From NCBI GenBank assembly GCA_012518795.1, contig JAAYRL010000029.1, forward strand, positions 20,607-84,606: a DNA stretch of 64,000 nucleotides, written 5' to 3'. This DNA comes from Clostridiaceae bacterium (GTDB lineage Bacteria > Bacillota > Clostridia > Saccharofermentanales > DTU023). A model generated the notes under the pieces. It was not told the origin of the DNA. It ran no database searches and worked only from the letters and a program-made list of their open reading frames with translations. Positions 17,621-26,584 of this stretch are shown piece by piece; the stretch's first letter is position 1; each line of letters starts with the position of its first letter. The position numbers and the translations under genes are program-made.

Positions 17621-18811
17621 ATGACAAGAAAAATGGTTTTTTCTTCAGAATCAGTTACTGAAGGACATCCGGATAAAGTGTGTGATCAGATTTCCGATGC
17701 GATTTTGGATGCAGCTTTAACTGATGATCCGAATGCTCGAGTTGCCTGTGAAGTAATGGTCAGTACCGGTTTAGTATTTGTTACCGGAGAAATTACAACT
17801 ACTTCATATATTGATATTCCCCAAGTAGTGAGAAAAACAATTCGGGAAATCGGTTATACAGATCACCGATTAGGTTTTGATGCTGATTCATGTGCCGTGC
17901 TGACTTCAATTGATGAACAATCACCGGATATTGCCCAAGGAGTTGAGCAAGGATATGAAAAGCGCATGGGTGAAATGGTTGATGAATTATCAGGTGGTGC
18001 CGGCGATCAAGGAATTATGTTCGGTTTTGCTAACAAAGATACGCCGGAATTGATGCCTTTGCCGATTTCATTAGCACATAAACTGGCTAAACAATTAGCT
18101 GTTGCCAGAAAAAGCGGACAAGCAAAGACTTTTTTACCGGATGGTAAATCTCAAGTCACTATTGAATATCAAGATGATCGACCTGTTCATATTGATACGG
18201 TAGTAATCTCAACTCAACATACAGAATCAAGCTGTTTGGCGGAAGTTGAACAAGAAGTTTTAGAATATGTTTTGAAACCTGTTTTACCGGCAAACTTATA
18301 CGATGAAAAAACCAGAATTCTGATTAATCCGACAGGACGTTTTGTAATAGGCGGTCCGGAAGGTGATACCGGGGTAACCGGTAGAAAAATTGTGGTTGAC
18401 ACGTATGGCGGATTCGGCAGACACGGTGGAGGGGCACTTTCCGGTAAAGACCCGACAAAAGTTGATCGATCTGCAACTTATGCTGCCCGTTATGTGGCAA
18501 AGAACATTGTTGCAGCAGATTTGGCTGATTCCTGTGAAGTACAGCTTGCTTATGCTATCGGTGTTGCAAAACCGGTTTCGATTTTTGTTGATACTTTCGG
18601 CACATCCAAGATTGCAGAGCAGGATTTGGAAAAAATTGTCCGGAATAATTTTGATTTAAGACCACAAGCCATCATTAAAGATTTTGATTTGTTAAAACCT
18701 ATATATAAACAAACAGCAGCATATGGTCATTTGGGGCGTACGGACATTGATTTGCCTTGGGAAAAAACTGATAAAGTTGATCTGCTGAAAGCTGCTGTAC
18801 AAAAACTCTGA
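17621..18811 (+). CDS. metK: S-adenosylmethionine synthetase
   Basis: [24 protein letters not shown] and the other MetK blocks are present. I chose the ATG at 17621 (SD aaagg 9 nt upstream) rather than the listed TTG at 17612. Confidence 0.95.
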   Translation: MTRKMVFSSESVTEGHPDKVCDQISDAILDAALTDDPNARVACEVMVSTGLVFVTGEITTTSYIDIPQVVRKTIREIGYTDHRLGFDADSCAVLTSIDEQSPDIAQGVEQGYEKRMGEMVDELSGGAGDQGIMFGFANKDTPELMPLPISLAHKLAKQLAVARKSGQAKTFLPDGKSQVTIEYQDDRPVHIDTVVISTQHTESSCLAEVEQEVLEYVLKPVLPANLYDEKTRILINPTGRFVIGGPEGDTGVTGRKIVVDTYGGFGRHGGGALSGKDPTKVDRSATYAARYVAKNIVAADLADSCEVQLAYAIGVAKPVSIFVDTFGTSKIAEQDLEKIVRNNFDLRPQAIIKDFDLLKPIYKQTAAYGHLGRTDIDLPWEKTDKVDLLKAAVQKL

Positions 18812-18814
18812 CTA

Positions 18815-19567
18815 ATGTTGAATTTTTTGCAGGCAGAGAATTGTCTTGTTTGTAATCTTTCTGCCGGTAACAACTTTTTCAGGCAGAGTGAATTATTACG
18901 CTTAGGTGTGCTCGAAAATCGAAAAGATAATCAACATTTATTATTTCTCAAGCGCCATACATGTAAGGATTGTCTAAGCAGATTACCCTTGTTATTTCCA
19001 AAGAATACATGGTGTTTTGATCATACGGATCTTGAGATTAGAGCTTTATTTTCTTACAAAGAACCGATTAAGCGAATGCTTCTAAGCTATAAATTTTATC
19101 ATAATATTTATCTGGCAAATTGGTTTGCTGAGGTCATGTTTTTAGCATGGCAACAATTTTGGCTTGATCATCGAAAACAAGCAGTTATCGTGCCGATTCC
19201 TTTAGGTAAGAAAAGATTAAAGCAAAGAGGCTTCAATCAGGCCACCGGAATAGCCGAATTGATAGCAGATTTTTCAGAAATAACTTGTTTACCTGATTTA
19301 TTAATCCGGCAACGGGAGACATCAAGGCAAACCGAAATGCGAAACAGAGCAGCCAGGCACACTAATCTAAGAGATGCATTTAAGATTAATCCCGAATCGG
19401 ATGTATCTACACTTAAAATTAAGCAAGAAAACTTAACCGTAATTCTATTTGATGATGTGACAACGACCGGCATTACGCTTTTTGAAGCAGCAAAACCTTT
19501 GTTGAATCAAGGTCTGCAAGTATGTGCTGCAGTTGTAGCTACAGAGCATCAAATGAGTGATTTATAG
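18815..19567 (+). CDS. comFC: ComF-family protein (ComFC-like phosphoribosyltransferase-fold)
   Basis: 250 aa. N-terminal Cys pairs (CLVC ... CKDC) and a PRT loop (VILFDDVTTTGITL). Confidence 0.8.
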   Translation: MLNFLQAENCLVCNLSAGNNFFRQSELLRLGVLENRKDNQHLLFLKRHTCKDCLSRLPLLFPKNTWCFDHTDLEIRALFSYKEPIKRMLLSYKFYHNIYLANWFAEVMFLAWQQFWLDHRKQAVIVPIPLGKKRLKQRGFNQATGIAELIADFSEITCLPDLLIRQRETSRQTEMRNRAARHTNLRDAFKINPESDVSTLKIKQENLTVILFDDVTTTGITLFEAAKPLLNQGLQVCAAVVATEHQMSDL

Positions 19568-19575
19568 GGAAATTC

Positions 19576-19803
19576 TTGAACTGTTAGGCATAATTTTGTA
19601 TATTATAAGTACCCTTAGGATGTAAGTCGCTTCATATTTGAACCTGCAACGTTTTTAGGGGAGTCCGGAGTCGATGCGGAATACGATTTATGCTTTTCAG
19701 TAAAGTCAAAGACCGCCGCAGGGCACCCACCTGGTCTTGAAGGCTAGGTTTCAAAAGAAGTGCGTTTTTAAGGGTTTTTATTAATTATGCTTGGAGGCAC
19801 TTA
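19576..19803 (+). promoter_or_regulatory. Promoter plus ~190-nt unassigned, apparently structured leader of cysS
   Basis: TTGAAC-17 nt-TATATT at 19576-19604. The leader 5' end ACCCTTA (19611-17) is complementary to TAAGGGT (19767-73), which is followed by TTTTTATT. A second long-range pairing is CTTC..TTTGAACC (19629-46) with GGTTTCAAAAGAAG (19739-52). I found no canonical T-box sequence. Confidence 0.35.
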
Positions 19804-21222
19804 ATGCATATATATAATGATTTAACGAGACAAAAAGAAGAACTTGTTCCTCAACAAAAAAACCATATTACTATTTATGTTTGTGGTCCGACGGTCTATG
19901 ATTTATTCCATTTAGGTAATGCCAGACCTTTTGTTGTTTATGATACATTGCGTCGCTATTTGCTTTATAAAAACGTTGAAGTTACTTATGTGCAAAATTT
20001 CACCGATATTGACGATAAAATGATCAATCGAGCTCAAGCACTCAATATTTCTGTTAAACAATTGGCAGATGAAATGATTAAAGAGTATTACCATGATGCA
20101 GATAACCTCAATGTAATGCGGGCTGATTACCATCCGAGAGCAACTGAAACGATTCCGGAAATTCTTGAAATGATTTCTACTTTGAAAGAAAAGGGTTATA
20201 CCTACATTTTAAATGATGGAGTTTATTTCGATACGTCTAAGTTTGCGGATTACGGCAAACTCTCAAAACGCGATCTTGAAGATCAGGAAGCCGGAGCTTC
20301 GGAACGAGTTGAATTACTGGAAGATAAACGCAATTTAAGCGATTTTGTACTTTGGAAATTTAAAAAAGAAGGTGAACCTGCTTGGGAATCACCTTGGGGC
20401 GAAGGCAGACCGGGTTGGCATATTGAATGTTCAGCAATGAGTAAAAAATATTTAGGTGATACGATCGATATTCATGCCGGTGGGATGGACTTGATTTTTC
20501 CGCATCATGAAAATGAAATTGCTCAAAGTGAAGCGGCTAATGGTAAGCCTTTTGTGAATTATTGGATGCATAACGGCTTTATCAATGTCGATAATGAGAA
20601 AATGGCAAAATCCGGCGGCAATTTTTTCTTGGTACGCGAATTAGCCGGTGAATACGGTTATGATGTTTTACGTTTTTTTATCTTACAAGCTCATTATCGG
20701 ATGCCGTTAAATTTTGAAGAAGAACCCTTAATGGCAGCCACTCATGGTTGGCAGCGAATTCTGCGCAGCGTGGAGAACATAGAATTCTTAATAGCAAATG
20801 CAAATCCCGAATTTGATCAAACTCAGTCTGGGGAATTGTCGGATTATATTGCTGATACTGTGCAAGAATTCGAACGTGCGATGGACGATGACTTAAACAC
20901 ACCTGATGCTTTTGCTGCAATTTTTAATTTAGTACGCCATGTAAATATTGTATCTACAGATTATGCATTGAGTGCTGATTCGTTACAAAAAGCCCGTGAT
21001 TGTATTGTTGAATTATGTTCTGTCTTGGGGTTAGATGCTGAAAAAGAAGCAGAGGCTGAAATTCCGGCGGATATTCTTGAACAGGTAAAATTAAGAGATC
21101 AAGCCAAAGCGGAACGTGATTTTGCTACAGCGGATAGAATAAGAGATGAATTGAATGCTTTAGGCTATAAAATTGAAGACACTCCTCAAGGACCTAAAGT
21201 CAGTCGGGAAGTTGAGCATTAA
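19804..21222 (+). CDS. cysS: Cysteine--tRNA ligase
   Basis: 472 aa. HIGH-type motif (HLGNARP), KMSKS-type motif (KMAKSGGN) and a CysRS-typical N-terminus (CGPTVYD). Confidence 0.95.
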   Translation: MHIYNDLTRQKEELVPQQKNHITIYVCGPTVYDLFHLGNARPFVVYDTLRRYLLYKNVEVTYVQNFTDIDDKMINRAQALNISVKQLADEMIKEYYHDADNLNVMRADYHPRATETIPEILEMISTLKEKGYTYILNDGVYFDTSKFADYGKLSKRDLEDQEAGASERVELLEDKRNLSDFVLWKFKKEGEPAWESPWGEGRPGWHIECSAMSKKYLGDTIDIHAGGMDLIFPHHENEIAQSEAANGKPFVNYWMHNGFINVDNEKMAKSGGNFFLVRELAGEYGYDVLRFFILQAHYRMPLNFEEEPLMAATHGWQRILRSVENIEFLIANANPEFDQTQSGELSDYIADTVQEFERAMDDDLNTPDAFAAIFNLVRHVNIVSTDYALSADSLQKARDCIVELCSVLGLDAEKEAEAEIPADILEQVKLRDQAKAERDFATADRIRDELNALGYKIEDTPQGPKVSREVEH

Positions 21223-21224
21223 TA

Positions 21225-21608
21225 GTGAAAACATTGGATTTACCGATTTCAACCCTGGCATATATCGGAGATGCGGTTTATGAACTGCAAATTCGTTTGT
21301 CATTATTAAAATTATATGCAGCAAAAGCCGGTACTTTACATCGTGAAGTGATTAAACTGGTCAATGCGGAAGCCCAAGCTGAAGCTTTACAATTGGTGTT
21401 GCCGTACTTGTCGGAATCCGAGATCCAAGTAGTCAAAAGAGCCGGTAATCAATCAGTACCGTCTGCCCGTAATATCGATCCTGCAGATTATCGTCAGGCA
21501 ACTGCATTTGAAACGTTAATCGGCTACATTTATCTTGAAGGAAATACTGAAAGATTACTTGATTTGTTAAGTAAAGCTAATCCGGATTTAGAATTTCATA
21601 GATTATAG
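21225..21608 (+). CDS. mrnC: Mini-ribonuclease 3
   Basis: 127 aa. LAYIGDAVYELQIR and the Mini-III layout. Conserved position after cysS. The GTG start is tentative. Confidence 0.85.
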   Translation: MKTLDLPISTLAYIGDAVYELQIRLSLLKLYAAKAGTLHREVIKLVNAEAQAEALQLVLPYLSESEIQVVKRAGNQSVPSARNIDPADYRQATAFETLIGYIYLEGNTERLLDLLSKANPDLEFHRL

Positions 21609-21628
21609 AAAACACAGCGGAGTTTACT

Positions 21629-22438
21629 TTGGCTAAAAACAATAAAATAAATAATAATATAGCTAATAAAGATAATGTTGAAAAAAATGCTGAAAAGTAT
21701 CTTGACCGGATTGAGGGTCGAAATCCGATTAATGAAGCACTGCGTGCAGGGCGATCTATTAATAAGATTTGGGTTGCAAAAACCGATCAACGTCGTGAGC
21801 AAAGGTTATACGAATTAATTGTTAAGTGCAAAAAACAAGGAGCGATTATAGTTGAAGTAGATAAAGATGTTCTTGAGGAGATGGCTGAAACTTCAAGACA
21901 TCAAGGCATTATTGCTCAAGTATCACCGAAAAATTATGTAGAACCTTTTGTAGTACTTGATGAACTTAAAGCTAAGGGTAAGCAACCTTTTATCTTAATT
22001 CTGGACAATTTACAAGACGGGTATAATTTCGGTTCCATTTTACGAATTTCTGAAGCGGCAGGGATTGATTTGGTTGTGATTCCGGAACGGAGGTCAGTTA
22101 CTGCTGATGCACATGTGGCGAAAGCTTCCGCCGGTGCAATTGAATTTGTACCGATTGCCAGAGTGACCAACCTGGCAACTTTTATTGATAGGATTAAAGA
22201 ACAGAACTTTTGGATTTATGGTACAGAAGTAGATCAGGCAGAAAATTACCAAAAAGTTGATTACAAAGGCTCTATCGCTTTAATCATAGGTAATGAAGCA
22301 AATGGTATGAGTGAGAATATTAAAAAACGTTGTGACTTTTTGGTCACTATTCCGATGCACGGTCAGATCAATTCATTGAATGCAGCTGTTGCCACAGGAA
22401 TCATCGTTTTTCAAGCTGTAGAACAACGAAATAGTTAA
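21629..22438 (+). CDS. rlmB: 23S rRNA (guanosine-2'-O)-methyltransferase RlmB (TrmH/SpoU family)
   Basis: 269 aa with a SpoU C-terminal domain (LILDNLQDGYNFGSILR, LIIGNEANGMS, SLNAAVATGI). TTG start with SD gcggag. Confidence 0.85.
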   Translation: MAKNNKINNNIANKDNVEKNAEKYLDRIEGRNPINEALRAGRSINKIWVAKTDQRREQRLYELIVKCKKQGAIIVEVDKDVLEEMAETSRHQGIIAQVSPKNYVEPFVVLDELKAKGKQPFILILDNLQDGYNFGSILRISEAAGIDLVVIPERRSVTADAHVAKASAGAIEFVPIARVTNLATFIDRIKEQNFWIYGTEVDQAENYQKVDYKGSIALIIGNEANGMSENIKKRCDFLVTIPMHGQINSLNAAVATGIIVFQAVEQRNS

Positions 22439-22512
22439 CCTATATAATTGTTAACTCACAATGAGAATTATGTAAGAATGAACCTATAAAAGCTGGAGAA
22501 ATTTACGATTCG

Positions 22513-23142
22513 ATGCCGAACACAGCATATGACAGATTGACAGATCAAGAATTAATATCTTTAATAAGAAATAATGATGAGCAAGCAACTGAAGTTTTAT
22601 TGAAGAAATACAAGAATTTGGTTGCCGGTAAGACAAGGCGCTTGTTTTTACAAGGTGGTGACCAGGAAGATTTAATTCAAGAAGGCATGATCGGTTTATA
22701 TCAAGCTATTTTCAGTTTTGATGCAACGCAAAATGTACCATTTAAAAATTATGCTTCGGCTGTTGTAGATTCAAGATTATATGATGCAATTAGAACTGCT
22801 ACCAGAAAAAAGCATCAACCATTGAATGAAAGCTTGTCTTTGGATTATTCTTATGATAATAGTTCTGAAGATCAACCGATATCTTTGTTTGAGGTTCTTT
22901 CTGATGAATCGGCTCTGACACCGGAAAGTCTATTATTGGACAAAGAAATAATAATTAGTTTAGAGAATTTTTTACAAAATTATCTAAGTAAATACGAAGA
23001 TCAGGTAGCCAGTTTATATTTACAAGGTAAAACGTATCGGGAAATTGCTGACAAATTAAATGTTTCAACCAAAAGTGTGGATGGTGCCTTACAAAGAGTT
23101 CGTAGAAAATTGAGCGAATATCGAGACGAAAAAGATTTATGA
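22513..23142 (+). CDS. sigH: Sigma-70 family sigma factor, SigH-like
   Basis: 209 aa. Strong resemblance to Bacillus SigH blocks (DLIQEGMIGLYQAI, TATRKKHQPLN, YLQGKTYREIADKLNVSTKSVDGALQRVRRKL). It occupies the conserved position after rlmB. The SD is 14 nt from the ATG, so the start is less certain. Confidence 0.85.
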   Translation: MPNTAYDRLTDQELISLIRNNDEQATEVLLKKYKNLVAGKTRRLFLQGGDQEDLIQEGMIGLYQAIFSFDATQNVPFKNYASAVVDSRLYDAIRTATRKKHQPLNESLSLDYSYDNSSEDQPISLFEVLSDESALTPESLLLDKEIIISLENFLQNYLSKYEDQVASLYLQGKTYREIADKLNVSTKSVDGALQRVRRKLSEYRDEKDL

Positions 23143-24572
23143 AATTACGCGCTACAAAAAAACAAAATAACAGGCAAAGTATTCTGAGGATTTCAGCTAT
23201 TTTCTGCAGTTTGTTAATCCTGCTTCCAATGCTTACCGGTTGTTTGAGTTTAGGTTCAAATTCAATTCGTAAAAATAATACTACGAAAACTAAAGCGAAG
23301 CTTCCCTATAAGATAAACACCGAAGCCAATGGGGAAATTACGGATATTTCGCTTCTGTCGGCAATGATTGATTCTATTAACAATCTTGCTACTGTCCAAG
23401 AAGTCTTTACAGCAATACCCGAGCCAAACAAAAGAGATCTTTCGCTCAATGATTTCTCTCAATATATTGAAGCTATGTCGCATCCTGAGAAAAAAGAAAT
23501 CATTGAATTTCGTTGTGTACCTACTGATTTAAAACGCCAGATTACAGTTGGTATCAGTACAACTATGTCCAGCTTGGCTCTTGAAGCGGAAAGCACAGAA
23601 TATTATGAATTGATTTTTTCAAAAGGTGATCAGGAAGTTAATGCTGAAACTGATCAAGAAGCCGAAATTGTTTCAACAATCATCGGAATTCAGCATGATG
23701 AGGAAGGTAAACCATATTTATCTGCTGACTGGATTGAAGAAGTCAATCAAATATATGAGTTTTCCCGATTTTATTTTAAAGCTTTAAATGATCGGGATAA
23801 AGATATGTTGGCATGGTTGCTAATGCAAGCATATCCTGAACAAGTTGAAGACATAATTTCTGAAATAGTGAATAATAAGGCACAATTATTGATTGATTAT
23901 TATCGTTTGAACATTGAAACTGAACCGCTCAATAGTGTAGCTAAGCTCTTGATGCCTAACTCAATCGAATATCTTCAAGAGCTAACCACTTCAACGAACA
24001 ATCAAAAAAGTTTTCGTATTTGTACATTCAAACAAAACAAGAACTTAATTTCCGTGTCCGAACCTTATCCTGATAAAATTAAAAATCAGCATTTAAATTT
24101 GTACTATGAAGACAGTTTTTTATTGTCTTGGTCCAGCAACGGGGTTAGGGAAATATATTTTAGCGATAGGTTTAACACTATCTTGGGAGAACCGAAAATC
24201 GAAAAGCTGGCAATGGATGACCCAATACAAAGTGGTGCAGTTTTTTGGCAAATACAATATGGTCAATTGAATTTAATTATTAAAGGATTTGCTGATCCGG
24301 AAAATAAAACTTGGTCAGGAATTATTGAGCAATTTGAGTTGAATGAAAAATCCGATAAATTAAGTTTGGGATCAACTAAAGGTGCAGCTGATTCATTGTA
24401 TTACAATATGAATCTAAATGATTTTTGTATGAATTATCCGTTTTCTCCGGAATCAAATTTTGTTATCCAGGGAAATCAACAAGGCACAAAAATGGAATTA
24501 ATTGTTCAAGCTGAAAACTCAAAGATTACCAGAATAATTATTCGGGCAGTGTATGATCAAGCAACAGCGTGA
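23139..24572 (+). CDS. Hypothetical lipoprotein, translationally coupled to sigH
   Basis: 477 aa. Signal peptide plus lipobox (LPMLTGCLS). Its ATG overlaps the sigH stop (ATGA). I recognise no domains. Confidence 0.6.
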   Translation: MKLRATKKQNNRQSILRISAIFCSLLILLPMLTGCLSLGSNSIRKNNTTKTKAKLPYKINTEANGEITDISLLSAMIDSINNLATVQEVFTAIPEPNKRDLSLNDFSQYIEAMSHPEKKEIIEFRCVPTDLKRQITVGISTTMSSLALEAESTEYYELIFSKGDQEVNAETDQEAEIVSTIIGIQHDEEGKPYLSADWIEEVNQIYEFSRFYFKALNDRDKDMLAWLLMQAYPEQVEDIISEIVNNKAQLLIDYYRLNIETEPLNSVAKLLMPNSIEYLQELTTSTNNQKSFRICTFKQNKNLISVSEPYPDKIKNQHLNLYYEDSFLLSWSSNGVREIYFSDRFNTILGEPKIEKLAMDDPIQSGAVFWQIQYGQLNLIIKGFADPENKTWSGIIEQFELNEKSDKLSLGSTKGAADSLYYNMNLNDFCMNYPFSPESNFVIQGNQQGTKMELIVQAENSKITRIIIRAVYDQATA

Positions 24573-24685
24573 CTTTGAGATCAACAGATGTCAATTTTAG
24601 ACCATGTTTAAGCCGAAATAAAAACTAAAAAGCCAAATTCTTTGCGACAGGAGAATCCAACCACTTGTCAAATGCAAATAAATAA

Positions 24686-24979
24686 TCAATTATTCTTTAA
24701 TCGATCTATAATTGTATGATAACCGTCACTGCCGTACTCTAAGGCACGTCTGACACGAGATATGGTGGCACTGGAAGTGCCGGTGATCTCTTCAATTTCA
24801 GAATAAGTTTTACCTTGCTTGATTAAAGTTGCAACCTGAAATCTTTGTTTTAATGCAATAATTTCATTTGCTGTACAGAGATCATCAAAAAATTGATAAC
24901 ATTCTTCAACTGTTTGTAGAGCAAGTACACCTTTAAACAAATTGTCTAAAGCTTCGTCTTTTAAATTATCGATATGCAT
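24686..24979 (-). CDS. yerC: YerC/YecD-family TrpR-like DNA-binding protein (candidate histidine regulator HisR)
   Basis: 97 aa. Matches the YerC pattern (ALKQRFQVA...G.TYSEIEEITGTSSATISRVRRAL.YG). It is divergent from the his operon. Confidence 0.8.
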   Translation of the reverse strand: MHIDNLKDEALDNLFKGVLALQTVEECYQFFDDLCTANEIIALKQRFQVATLIKQGKTYSEIEEITGTSSATISRVRRALEYGSDGYHTIIDRLKNN

Positions 24980-25047
24980 TATATTCTCCTAAATTATTTG
25001 AATTTGTTATTTTTGCTTGAAACCGGTAAAAAATTTTGTTATTATTC

Positions 25048-25076
25048 TTGACATCATTGCTTTAGCGCGATAAAGT
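25048..25076 (+). promoter_or_regulatory. Candidate sigma-A promoter of the his operon
   Basis: TTGACA (25048-53), 17 nt, TAAAGT (25071-76). Two perfect palindromes follow: ATGATATATCAT at 25093-25104 and TTGAAATAATTTCAA at 25107-25121. Confidence 0.45.
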
Positions 25077-25169
25077 AATGAAGCACTTATTAATGATATA
25101 TCATATTTGAAATAATTTCAATTTTGCTAAAAATATTTTTAGATAGTCAGAATAAATTGAGGTAGTAGA

Positions 25170-25982
25170 ATGTCTAATCAAGAACTTTTAAATAGAATAT
25201 CACTGGGTTATCAATATACTAAAATCATGGCTGATCAAGGCTATAAATTAATTGATTTGAATATGATTGAACCTTTCAGAATTGAAGATAAAAAATATCA
25301 ACCCAGTAGTATTGTTTTTGAACGTGATGAACGAATGTATGCAATTCGCAGTGACTGGACCAGATCATTATTGAATTTCAATGAAGCATATTTTTTAGCT
25401 GATCGTTTGTTTTGTTATTATGGACCGGTAATCAGGAATTATCGCTCATTTTATCAAGCCGGTGTTGAATTATATCAGCCAAGTACAGGCGAAATCGTTA
25501 ACAGTATTAAGCTGCATTTGGATTTTATTCAAGAACAGGCTGAACGACAGAATCGAGTTTTGCGCTCGTTTGTTGCTAATAATGATTATTTGATTGATTT
25601 GTATTTAGAAAAATATAACTTGGATAGTGAAATCAGATTTTTGATTTATGATAAAAACTTGAGTGAATTAAGAGAAAAGCTTGGTGGCGGTCATCCATTA
25701 TACAAAATTTTATCAACCAGGGTCAGCCAACAATTTGACTTGATTCAGCAAGAGTTTTCTGATGATGCCCGGATGAAATTAATCGATCAGATTAAAATTA
25801 TTGCTGAGCAGCATCAGATTAAGTTTATGTTGGATCTGTCGTTTAGATCGCCTCAAAGTTATTATAACGGTTTATATTTTCAAGTTTTTTTAAATTATGA
25901 TACACCTCTGTTAAGTGGTGGTGAGTATAATGATGGTGCATTCGGCATAGCTCTCAATTTGGAGGATGGAGGTTTGGTATGA
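25170..25982 (+). CDS. hisZ: ATP phosphoribosyltransferase regulatory subunit (short HisZ)
   Basis: 270 aa. HisRS-like core without an anticodon domain (RSFYQAGVELY). It overlaps hisG by 4 nt. Confidence 0.8.
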   Translation: MSNQELLNRISLGYQYTKIMADQGYKLIDLNMIEPFRIEDKKYQPSSIVFERDERMYAIRSDWTRSLLNFNEAYFLADRLFCYYGPVIRNYRSFYQAGVELYQPSTGEIVNSIKLHLDFIQEQAERQNRVLRSFVANNDYLIDLYLEKYNLDSEIRFLIYDKNLSELREKLGGGHPLYKILSTRVSQQFDLIQQEFSDDARMKLIDQIKIIAEQHQIKFMLDLSFRSPQSYYNGLYFQVFLNYDTPLLSGGEYNDGAFGIALNLEDGGLV

Positions 25983-26584
25983 TTACGGTAGCATTGCCTA
26001 AAGGTCGTTTGTTGGACGATTTTATAGATTATTTGGATGATCAGGGCTTAGAGCAGTACTCTGCAGGTTTAGATGCTAAATCACGCTCTTTATATACGAT
26101 TGTTAATGATGTAAAATTCATCTATGCGAAAGGCAGAGATGTACCGATTTATGTTGAAAACGGCAGTGCTGATATTGGAATTATCGGCCTGGATATTATT
26201 ACGGAAGATGAATTTAATATTATGAATGTTTCACGCCTTCCATTTGGCGATTGTCATTTTTCGGTTTGTGGTTTGCCGGGGGTTGAGCGTTTCAGAACGA
26301 TTGCAACAACATTTAGGAATATTGCTTTTCAATATTTCAAAGCAAAACGCCAACAGGTTTCGTTGATTCACCTCAATGGTTCTGTAGAATTGGCACCATT
26401 GCTCGGTTTGGCAGACGGAATTGTAGATATCGTTGAAACCGGTAATACATTACGTGCCAACGGTTTGATAGAGTATGAGAAAATAATGGATGTACATGCA
26501 CGTTTGATTGCTAATCGCCAAACTTTTTATACGAAAGAAGATAAAATATATCCTTTTTTGAAAGAGATTGGAGTTTTTGAATAA
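25979..26584 (+). CDS. hisG: ATP phosphoribosyltransferase, short form
   Basis: 201 aa. MITVALPKGRL, DIVETGNTLRANGL. Confidence 0.9.
   Translation: MITVALPKGRLLDDFIDYLDDQGLEQYSAGLDAKSRSLYTIVNDVKFIYAKGRDVPIYVENGSADIGIIGLDIITEDEFNIMNVSRLPFGDCHFSVCGLPGVERFRTIATTFRNIAFQYFKAKRQQVSLIHLNGSVELAPLLGLADGIVDIVETGNTLRANGLIEYEKIMDVHARLIANRQTFYTKEDKIYPFLKEIGVFE

Noticed and set aside
19658-19690. tmRNA-like 5' end (GGGGAGTCCGGAGTCGATGCGG)
   Set aside because: It only loosely resembles the GGGG...GGATTCGAC start. The intergenic region is about 235 nt, too short for a tmRNA. No tag ORF or tRNA-like 3' end (TPsiC arm, CCA) follows.
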